Assembly (NCBI GenBank): GCA_951406725.2
Contig: OX597820.1
Location: forward strand, 8,122,001 to 8,186,000
Reading direction: 5' to 3'
DNA length: 64,000 nt
DNA from: Octopus vulgaris
Lineage: Eukaryota
The notes beneath the pieces were generated by a model. The model was not told where the DNA came from. It ran no database searches and saw only the letters and a list, made by a program, of their open reading frames with translations. Positions 56,422 through 64,000 of this stretch are shown here, in pieces (within the stretch, counting starts at the first letter, position 1; each line of letters begins with the position of its first letter). The position numbers were made by a program, and so were the translations under genes.

Positions 56422-56469
56422 AAAACCTGTTACTCTGAGTTTCCCGTTGCCGTTCATCAGACAGTTTTT
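56422..56469 (-). ncRNA. Mirror copy of the hammerhead on the opposite strand
   Basis: Reverse complement of 56493-56540, with one change at 56444 that breaks the first stem II pair. Confidence 0.75.
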
Positions 56470-56492
56470 GCTAGAATAGAACCGATTCTAGC

Positions 56493-56540
56493 AAAAACTG
56501 TCTGATGAACGGCAACGTGAAACTCAGAGTAACAGGTTTT
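56493..56540 (+). ncRNA. Minimal type I hammerhead ribozyme
   Basis: AAAAACTGT-CTGATGA-ACG GCAA CGT-GAAA-CTC A GAG-TA-ACAGGTTTT. Intact core, stem I CTGT/ACAG with extension, stem II with a GNRA loop, short near-palindromic stem III. Predicted cut after GUA at 56531. Confidence 0.88.
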
Positions 56541-56637
56541 GTTGAATTTTCTGCTGCATTAAATAAAGCACATTACTCTACCACTGGTATTTGAGTACAC
56601 TTTTTTCCACCTTGTTTCACATTTATGTTTTTACCCC

Positions 56638-56640
<3 letters not shown>

Positions 56641-56691
<51 letters not shown>
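56641..56691. repeat. (TA)n microsatellite
   Basis: Pure TA run. Confidence 0.98.
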
Positions 56692-56694
<3 letters not shown>

Positions 56695-56932
56695 GCACAC
56701 GCTGATGCATAGACACACATTGACAAATCCTTTTTAAAAGTATTATCTACTTACGTTGTTTTGTTGAGTGCAACTTCTTTCAATTCTCTAAAACAGAACT
56801 ACGGACCAGATGTTTCACATTAATTTATTTGCTAATAAGTATTCAACTCTGGAATATGACTGTTAACCTTCCAAAATGCCTGCAGATAGCCGGGTGGGTG
56901 GGTGCGCGTGTGTCCATGTATATACGTACATG

Positions 56933-56987
56933 TACATACATACATACATACATACATACATACATACATACATACATACATACATAC
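56933..56987. repeat. (TACA)n microsatellite
   Basis: Pure TACA run. Confidence 0.97.
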
Positions 56988-57057
56988 GCAGCATATACAT
57001 ACATAAAGCTTTATGCAGGCCAGGTGTGTGAACACGTACGCATGAACCAACCCTGCT

Positions 57058-57355
57058 AGTTATGATACCTGTGCCGGCCGCACGTAAAAAGCACCATCCG
57101 AACGTGGTCGATGCCAGCACCGCCTTGACTGGCTTCTGTGCCGGCAGCACATGACCTGCTGTGCTTGAGGAGACCTATTGAGTCAAGTACATCAAAATAA
57201 ATATCAAATTGGAATTGTAGTTGTGATACTTGTGCTGGTGGCACATAAAAAGCACCATCCGAACGTGGTCGATGCCAGCCGTCCCTGGCATCTGTGCCGG
57301 TGGCACGTAAAAAGCACCTACTACACTCACGGAGTGGTTGGCGTTAGGAAGGGCA
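57058..57355 (+). mobile_element. Fragment of an abundant cephalopod-type retroposon (SINE body) with internal direct repeats
   Basis: The unit TGTGCCGG..GCACGTAAAAAGCACCATCCGAACGTGGTCGATGCCAGC occurs at about 57070 and 57231, with partial copies at about 57137 and 57293. It ends in GGTTGGCGTTAGGAAGGGCA, which I recognise from octopus interspersed repeats. Family not confirmed by search. Confidence 0.65.
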
Positions 57356-57508
57356 AAGTGCTTATGAGTTCAATCTCACTACGCGGCACATTGGTTGAAT
57401 CTATTCGAATATAGCTTTGAGCGTTACTTGTGAGTGGAATTTTGTTGACAAACAAAATGTGCACAACCTCATTGTGCATAATATACCTAGAAGTGTGTAT
57501 ATACATAC

Positions 57509-57511
<3 letters not shown>

Positions 57512-57595
<84 letters not shown>
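57512..57595. repeat. (TA)n microsatellite
   Basis: Pure TA run. Confidence 0.98.
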
Positions 57596-57598
<3 letters not shown>

Positions 57599-57782
57599 GG
57601 TCCCGGGTTGAGTCGGGGTTAACCACAGTAAATAAGGTACTCAATACATAGCAGAGTAAATTAATTTATTTTATAGAAGGAGCTTCTACAGGACTAGAAC
57701 TGTTTCATTCAAAAGAAATCATCAGCTTCCTGATGATTTCTTTTGAATGAAACAGTTCTAGTCCTGTAGAAGCTCCTTCTAT

Positions 57783-57788
<6 letters not shown>
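57596..57788 (-). mobile_element. Second Penelope-like pseudo-LTR fragment with snap-back inversion, inserted in (TA)n
   Basis: Perfect 59-bp inverted arms (57667-57725 and 57730-57788) with a 4-nt loop CTTC and a hammerhead core. The minus-strand tail shares AATAAA..TTACTCT..GTATTGAGTAC with the 56394-56640 element. (TA)n on both sides. Confidence 0.75.
57692..57725 (-). ncRNA. Hammerhead core with truncated stem I (mirror copy on + strand at 57730-57763)
   Basis: CTGATGA-TTTC TTTT GAAT-GAAAC-AGTTCTA-GTC. Core and GUC triplet are present, but the 5' strand of stem I is lost at the fold-back junction. Confidence 0.6.
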
Positions 57789-57823
<35 letters not shown>

Positions 57824-57859
57824 CTATGTGTGTGTGTGTGTGTGCATGTGTGTATATAC

Positions 57860-58256
57860 TTACACTTTTACTTGTTTTCAGTCATTTGACTGCGGCCATG
57901 CTGGAGCACCGCCTTTAGTCGAGCAAATCGACCCCGGGACTTATTCTTTTGTAAGCCCAGTACTTATTCTATCGGTCTCTTTTGCCGAACAGCTAAGTGA
58001 CGGGGACGTAAACACACCAGCATCGGTTGTCAAGCAATGCTAGGGGGACAAAAACAGACACACAAACACACAAACATATATATATATACATATATACGAC
58101 AGGCTTCTTTCAGTTTCCGTCTACCAAATCCACTCACAAGGCATTGGTCGGCCCGGGGCTATAGCAGAAGACACTTGCCCAAGATGCCACGCAGTGGACT
58201 GAACCCGGAACCATGTGGTTGGTTAGCAAACTACTTACCACACAGCCACCTCTGCG

Positions 58257-58260
<4 letters not shown>
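57860..58260 (-). mobile_element. tRNA-derived SINE (octopus-type) with internal (CA)/(TA) tract
   Basis: Minus-strand head has A box GTGGCTGTGTGGT (58237-58249) and B box GGGTTCAGTCC (58196-58206), then CORE-like CTTGGGCAAGTGTCTT. The 3' body ends ...GCATGGCCGCAGTCAAATGACTGAAAACAAGTAAAAG. Confidence 0.85.

Positions 58261-58334
<74 letters not shown>
58259..58334. repeat. (TA)n microsatellite
   Basis: Pure TA run. Confidence 0.98.
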
Positions 58335-58341
<7 letters not shown>

Positions 58342-58451
58342 ACCTTATATATATTGATAAAACGGTAAGATAACAAAAGAAAGAAAGAGACCTCAATATT
58401 ATGTAAATAGAGGAAATTTATCTATACAATATGTTACATTACTGTAGTCAA

Positions 58452-58512
58452 GATAAAACTCTGAGTTTCAGATGCCGAAGTGGAAATCCACAACACCATC
58501 TCTTCGGTTATC
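58452..58512 (-). ncRNA. Type I hammerhead motif in the PLE 3' UTR (core U4>C)
   Basis: GATAA-CCGAAGA-GATG...CATC-T-GAAA-CTC A GAG-TT-TTATC. Stem I GATAA/TTATC, stem II GATG/CATC, same stem III as 56493-56540, GUU triplet. Confidence 0.72.
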
Positions 58513-58707
58513 TGGCTATTTGAAAACGTTATGAAAAAATACCGTTAAAAATGAAGGGAAATTACTCTGTTATAACTCTGCTTTGCCTGCGTACTTATAC
58601 ATCGCTCGCATTTTTCGTCATAAAAATTATATAAAAATACATAAAAATATATAAAAATATATAAAAATATATAAAATCTTCTTGGGACATAACACAGAAA
58701 GCATGTT

Positions 58708-59472
58708 CTATCCGTTTTCTTTAGGGGACCAAAAACGTAACAGAAATTTAGTCACATGTGGGCATGATCCGAAAAGCTCTGTCCTTGTATTTAGACATGT
58801 GGTAGGGTCTAAGCTGCTTTTTCAGATAAGCCATCTCTCCATGTCGCATAAACCGCACCTTCCGCTGCCGTTAGTATAGGGCTTACATCTGGCCAAAATC
58901 TTCCATTGTATGTTATAATCGACACCTTTATCTCTTAAAGACCAAATATGATTGGATAATTGTGTCGCTTTTCTTTTGTTCCAGTGCCTAAAGCTCAAAG
59001 TGTGGTTATTGAACCTGGCCTTGAAATTACCCTCTGTCAGGCCCACGTATTTCTTCGTCGAAACGGTGTCTTTAGTGGTTATAGAGTTTACGGTAGCTTC
59101 ATATATGATGGTCTTGGACATGCAAGCTCCATTTAGCGGGCACAATTCTTTATTCCTGCATGAACAGCTGTTTTCTTCTTGTGTTTTTTGTATGTTATGA
59201 TTGATTATGTTTTTAAAATTGGTAGTTGAACTAAAACTAATTTTTAAATTGTGTCTATTGAAGAGTTTCCTATAAGCATGGTTAACTGGAAAATGTCTAT
59301 CTATCAGTGCTAGGAAATATTTACCTATATTGAAGGCCACCTCGGGTGAGTAAGGGGGCGTAAACCAGATGACCTTCCTATTTCTATTATTCCTTTTCCT
59401 TATTGTTGGGCTGGTGATAGGTGTATATTTTATTTTTTCGCTAAAACCACTATCTTTTAAAGCTTTATTATA
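58708..59472 (-). pseudogene. PLE ORF C-terminus: RT thumb end, Cys-rich linker and GIY-YIG endonuclease, with one in-frame TGA
   Basis: Frame reads YNKALKDSGFSEKIKY...RKVIWFTPPYSPEVAFNIGKYFLALIDRHFP...CSCRNKELCPLNGAC...IIYEATV...YVGLTEGNFKARFNNH...CGLCDMERWLI*KSSLDPTTCLNTRTELFGSCPHVTKFLLRFWSPKENG*. GIY-YIG motifs IIY and YVG, catalytic R, E and terminal N are present. There is no start because the element is truncated by (TA)n. Confidence 0.9.
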
Positions 59473-59481
59473 TATATATAA

Positions 59482-59523
<42 letters not shown>

Positions 59524-59527
59524 TTAT

Positions 59528-59600
<73 letters not shown>

Positions 59601-59690
59601 AGGTTTATATATAAGCTTGAAATAAGTATATGGTTTATATATAAGCTTCAAATAAGTATAAGGTTTATATATAAGCTTGAAGTAAGTATA
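59601..59690 (+). repeat. 30-bp minisatellite, three copies
   Basis: AGGTTTATATATAAGCTTGAAATAAGTATA at 59601, 59631 and 59661. Confidence 0.92.
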
Positions 59691-59728
59691 AGAATGTGAA
59701 TTGTCCGCTTAATAAAAAAATTCTATAT

Positions 59729-59814
59729 GTGGCTGAAGATTGCTCGTCATTTTAAAACTGATGTAATACTTATAGTGTTTAATAAAATGAAGTAGAATGA
59801 AACAATTGTACTAC
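59729..59814 (+). ncRNA. Type I hammerhead motif with long stem II (short pLTR-like insert, about 59691-59849)
   Basis: GTGG-CTGAAGA-[long hairpin including TCATTTTA/TAAAATGA and AAAC/GTTT]-GAAACAATTGTA-CTAC. Stem III ACAATTGT is a perfect palindrome, stem I is GTGG/CTAC, and the predicted GUA cut is at 59810. Followed by a T-rich tail and (TA)n. Confidence 0.72.
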
Positions 59815-59847
59815 CCTACCTTGGATATTCTTGTTGCTTATTTTCGT

Positions 59848-59874
59848 TATATATATATACATGTATATATATAC

Positions 59875-59937
<63 letters not shown>

Positions 59938-59958
59938 TATATATATATATATATATAT
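59848..59958. repeat. Interrupted (TA)n microsatellite
   Basis: TA run with a few CA/TG interruptions. Confidence 0.95.
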
Positions 59959-60080
59959 GCATTAGATATGTATATGTGTACGTCCGTCGATGAGCGCGGC
60001 TATACGCGTGAACTATATATTATACATACATATATATAATGTATACACACACATATATAGACACACACGTACATACACAC

Positions 60081-60119
<39 letters not shown>

Positions 60120-60702
60120 TAGTCACACACACTTACGTGTGTGTATGTGCATTTATGCTTGTGTGTGTGTGTGTGCGCGCGCGCGCGAGTTTATTTCCAT
60201 TTTCTTGTTTCCCTTTTAATATGTGCAAGAAGGTGACATAAATAATAAATTATGGAATCTTGCATTCAATTCCTTCGCTACGATGTCACTGAGTATTTGG
60301 GATGCCATATTGAATTGCTTGTCCATTGTTCTCCTACCTCTACCCCTTCCTCCACCCACCCTCCCTCTCTTCCTCCCCTCCTCCTCCTCCTGCTTCATTT
60401 TCTCTATTCTCCTCTCTTTCCTCTTTTCTTTTTTCTCTTTCCTTTTCTCTCTCAATGGTAGCTCGTTATGGCGGGCAATGGCTTAGCTGACAAGTATAAA
60501 GCTAAAGTTGACCATTTGATATGGTCGTTGCTGTCTGAAACCATGTGTGCTGACCTGACTGGCCTCCATCAATGAGATTCTAATATAATAACAGAGTTCA
60601 CTGGGTCGGTCTTAGATCTTTTACTCCAGTTTGCTTCAATGGATAAAGCAGACGACACAACGGCAACTTTAGAATGTCGCTGTGTGTGGCGTACGAGTGT
60701 GT

Positions 60703-60703
<1 letters not shown>

Positions 60704-60777
<74 letters not shown>

Positions 60778-60797
60778 CGTGTGTGTGTGTGTGTGTG
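60704..60797. repeat. (GT)n microsatellite, followed by degenerate GT/AT-rich sequence to about 61315
   Basis: GT run. Confidence 0.97.
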
Positions 60798-61282
60798 TTC
60801 ATGTGTGTTTTTGTGGGTATATTCTTTGTATTTTGTGTATGTATAGAGATATTGTAATGTCTAACTTAATGTGATAAGTGTATGACCGTGTATAGAAGTG
60901 TATTAATGTGTGTGTGCGTGTATGTATGTGTTCATATCTGTGAGTGCTTGTATGTAGACATGGGTTAGTGTCTGTGTGAGACTGTATAGAAGAGTGTTAA
61001 TACTTTTGTATGTATTTGTACCTATGTGTTAATGTGTGTAAAATCCATTTGTGTTAATATATATATATGTGTGTGTGTGTGTGTGTCTATGTCTACCTAT
61101 GTGTTAATCTCTATGTGTACGAGTGTTAAGTGTGAATATGGGTTAACGTCTATGTTGTGTGTTTGTATGTGTATGTGTGCGTGTGTGTAGATACATTAAA
61201 TGTCTGTTATGTATGACCGTCTGTGTATGTGTGATGTGTGTTAATGCCTCTGTGTACACACGTTTTAGTGCATCTATCTGTT

Positions 61283-61317
<35 letters not shown>

Positions 61318-61962
61318 GTCATCTTTCCGTGGCATTTGCAACCAAAGGTTCAAGTTACCCCTCTAAAAACTCTGTGACAGCAATGGCCACTGGTCTCTGT
61401 CCACCTACACACACAATGTATGAAGGTGGACAAGTCCTAACACTGTGTGTTAGGACTTGTCCAGTCCTGAATGTTGTCAGACCAGGATTTTCTGAATCTC
61501 CTGTTGTATTCTGAACAATGGTGGAGTACATGTCTGTAAAAGCTAAGCTTTCACCATTTGAATTATGGTTCTTGTCCGCTACCATATTTAGTAATTTTTC
61601 TGGCTGACGAAGCTGTTTGTCTTGTGTTCTATAAATGAAACATGGATCAGTGTTCAGAAAAAAATCTGCCTGAATACCTGGATTCTGCGATCTGCGTTAG
61701 TTGCAACTAAATACACTTTCACACTCAAACTGAAAGACGGAAGCCATTTAGACGTTTTATATTTTCAGCTTCGTAGGGAAAATCTTATGCAGTGGTGGTG
61801 GTTTGTTTGTTTGTTGAGCGTATCGGTCTTCGTCCCTCGGGAGAAATCCGAAACGTGGTCCTTTGCTCTTCGTAAGACCCGCAGAAGAGAAAGCAGGTCA
61901 GCCCCAGACACCGAGAGCATCGACGGATGGATAAATGCGCATCCAGGCTCTGCGGTTGCGTA

Positions 61963-62437
61963 TTAAATGATTTGATGTGGACAAATTGTAATAAAGAAAA
62001 GGAAACAGTATTGTAGCATTTGGTGGGGCAAAGCGGGTGGAAGCTTTCCAACCGTCAACTTAATTTGAAGATGATACCAATTTTCTAAGTGACAACATAA
62101 AAGGGTCACTGTTGAGCTTTTAGATGTTTTCGCTCAATAAACACACACAACGCCCAGTCTGGGAATCGAAACCGCGATCCTCCGACCGCGAGTCCGCTGC
62201 CCTAACCATTGGGCCATTGAGCCTCAACAGTGGTGGTGGTGGTGGTGGTGGTGGTGTTCACAAGAACTGCGATGTCTGAATTTTCGTACAGTGCCTCTTT
62301 TTTGTTGTCACTTAGGGAATTGGTATCATCTTCAAATTAAGTTGACGGTTGGAAAGCTTCCACCCGCTTTGCCCCACCAAATGCTACAATACTGTTTCCT
62401 TTTCTTTATTACAATTTGTCCACATCAAATCATTTAA
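61963..62437. mobile_element. Foldback/MITE-like element with about 150-bp inverted arms
   Basis: 61963-62112 is the near-perfect reverse complement of 62288-62437. Both outer ends are TTAA. The spacer holds a SINE head and (GGT)n. Confidence 0.75.
62112..62226 (-). mobile_element. tRNA-derived SINE head (second family)
   Basis: Minus strand reads GAGGCTCAATGGCCCAATGGTTAGGGCAGCGGACTCGCGGTCGGAGGATCGCGGTTTCGATTCCCAGAC, with A box TGGCCCAATGG and B box GGTTTCGATTCC. Confidence 0.75.
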
Positions 62438-62754
62438 GTGAAAGATCTTTTACATATTTGTCTAAGTTCGTATCTACGTTTTTGGTGTGTGTGTGTGTGT
62501 GCATGTCTGTAGAAATGTGTATGTGTGCAGCAGTGTAGATACGTCTATATGTAATCGTGTGAGGATATGTGTATATATGTGCGTGTAGAAATATGTATGT
62601 ATTCTGAGAACCTCCAGGATAAGGCACCAGGAAGCTGTGCTGGTCCCATTGAGAACATTTGTTCTCACTTATCCGAATTACTGCTCTCAACTATGGTGTC
62701 TTCAGCTGCTGTGAAAGACTGAAAGAATCACGACTCTGCTCACTAAAGTGATGT

Positions 62755-63135
62755 GTTGTGATATACATATAGAAGATCGTAGAAGGGCTGATACCAAATT
62801 TTGGCACTAAGCCCCCGAACATTGCATTGTTTCAAAGGTCCCAACGATCCCGCCGAGTATAAAGAACCGGTACGGCAAATAGCTTAGGATTCAGAGGTCC
62901 ACAGCTATTTAATATCCCCATCTGAGAGATCTACATGGAGTGTGGGTAGATGTTTTCAAGAAGGAACTCGACTTTCTGCTGTCTGAGATCCCAAGGGAAC
63001 CTACATCACGGAAAGGGACTCAAAAGAGAGCAATAATAATATCAAACACTGTCTTGAGAATGGCCATTGAGAAGGTGAGGGTATTTATGAAGCTCCCCCA
63101 TGGTCACAGCCTTTGGGCTGAAGCGAAGGTAATAA
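62755..63135 (+). mobile_element. Degenerate 3' end of a CR1-group LINE (ORF2 C-terminus and 3' UTR)
   Basis: Frameshifted translation VIYI*KIVEGLIPNFG...SLGFRGPQLFNIP..LRDLHGVWVDVFKKELDFLLSEIPREP matches the typical CR1-group C-terminal pattern (LFN.LP...FK..LD..L). Confidence 0.75.
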
Positions 63136-63342
63136 GAATGTGTCTATGTATGTGTTTGAAAAAAGCATGTATGCCTATGTGTAAAGTGTGTGTGTGTGTG
63201 TGTGCAATATGTATGTGTGTGTATGTGTATTGTGTATGTCGGTGCATATATTTTCTTATGTGTATGTGCAAATATATGCGTGTGTGAGTATAGATGAGTC
63301 AATTTGTGCGCGTAAGTGTGAATATATATATTACGTCGTCTA

Positions 63343-63377
<35 letters not shown>

Positions 63378-63384
<7 letters not shown>

Positions 63385-63399
63385 GTTATAGATATATAT

Positions 63400-63431
<32 letters not shown>

Positions 63432-63594
63432 ACATACATACATACATACCTACATACTTATAAATGTATGTGTATATATATATATATATATATATACATA
63501 TATATAGTTATGGATATATATACGTATATATATATAGATAGATAGAAAGATAGATAGATACATACATACATACATACCTACATACTTATAAATG

Positions 63595-63600
<6 letters not shown>
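63378..63600 (+). repeat. Tandem duplication (period about 125 bp) of a compound TA/TAGA/TACA microsatellite
   Basis: TAGTTAT..(TAGA)n(TACA)n-CCTACATACTTATAAATGTATGTG occurs twice, ending at 63472 and 63600. Confidence 0.85.
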
Positions 63601-63650
<50 letters not shown>

Positions 63651-63652
<2 letters not shown>

Positions 63653-63949
63653 TAAATAAATGGAGTTGAACACAGATGCTCTTAAAATTCTTTTACTTTC
63701 GACATATGCTTCGAAGACAGCATTGGTTTTATTCCAAAGGAATAAACGGTGTAAAAAAAATGCAATCTTCTCATCAGGAAAGAAAGAGAACCTATCTCAG
63801 CAACAAGACATTATAACAATTTTGATGACTGCATAAATGATAAACAGAACGCTATTAAATATTTTTAAAAAGCCGTTAGTAGATCCGGCGTCAAAGGCAG
63901 ACCCTAGGAAGAGAAGGGCAAAGAAATAATATGTAGAGAACAAATAAAG

Positions 63950-63953
<4 letters not shown>
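63651..63953 (-). mobile_element. About 300-bp solo pLTR-like insert in (TA)n
   Basis: Unique sequence bounded by (TA)n on both sides, with a hammerhead motif about 45 nt from its minus-strand 3' end. Confidence 0.65.
63696..63782 (-). ncRNA. Type I hammerhead motif with long stem II (GAAG variant)
   Basis: CTTTC-CTGATGA-GAAGA TTGCATT...AATGC TG TCTTC-GAAG-CATATG-TC-GAAAG. Stem I CTTTC/GAAAG, stem II GAAGA/TCTTC, palindromic stem III CATATG, GUC triplet, A15.1>G. Confidence 0.75.
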
Positions 63954-63997
<44 letters not shown>

Positions 63998-64000
63998 ATG

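Larger units (their letters stand above)
56394..56640 (+). mobile_element. Penelope-like pseudo-LTR fragment with 5' snap-back inversion, inserted in (TA)n
   Basis: 84-bp inverted arms (56394-56477 and 56485-56568, one mismatch, 7-nt loop), a hammerhead motif, AATAAA and a T-rich 3' tail. Flanked by (TA)n on both sides. Confidence 0.8.
58355..59472 (-). mobile_element. 5'-truncated Penelope-like retroelement (C-terminal GIY-YIG type; probably Hydra-like clade)
   Basis: Endonuclease ORF, 3' UTR with a 10-bp AT-rich repeat (58620-58677), a hammerhead motif and a T-rich end. Inserted in (TA)n, with ATATAAACCTTATATATAT on both flanks. Confidence 0.88.

Noticed and set aside
61810-61960. CpG-rich segment that may be another retroposon fragment or structured RNA
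   Set aside because: I could not assign a family or a convincing fold from sequence alone.
58190-62226. tRNA genes at 58190-58258 and 62155-62226
   Set aside because: A and B boxes are present, but no complete cloverleaf is evident and both continue into SINE body sequence, so they were called SINE heads.
56125-63443. ORFs rich in YI, CV or HT dipeptides
   Set aside because: Translations of (TA)n, (GT)n and (CA)n microsatellites.

Overview
Eukaryotic, gene-free, heterochromatin-like DNA. The SINE, CR1 and microsatellite content suggests an octopus or other cephalopod (inference). Bases 1-51694 are a purine-rich 58-bp satellite (about 890 monomers) with higher-order domains and four copies of one 105-bp inverted insert. 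It directly abuts a 52-bp palindromic satellite (51695-54801). The last 9 kb is a mosaic of microsatellites and transposon remnants: tRNA-derived SINEs, a CR1-like LINE 3' end, a 150-bp-TIR foldback element, and a Penelope-like element (PLE) fragment encoding a GIY-YIG endonuclease. Five different PLE pseudo-LTR-like inserts sit in (TA)n tracts, each with a type I hammerhead ribozyme motif. Two of them are snap-back palindromes, and three share a covarying 3' stem-bulge-stem. No host protein-coding gene is supported; the many ORFs in the track are repeat artefacts.
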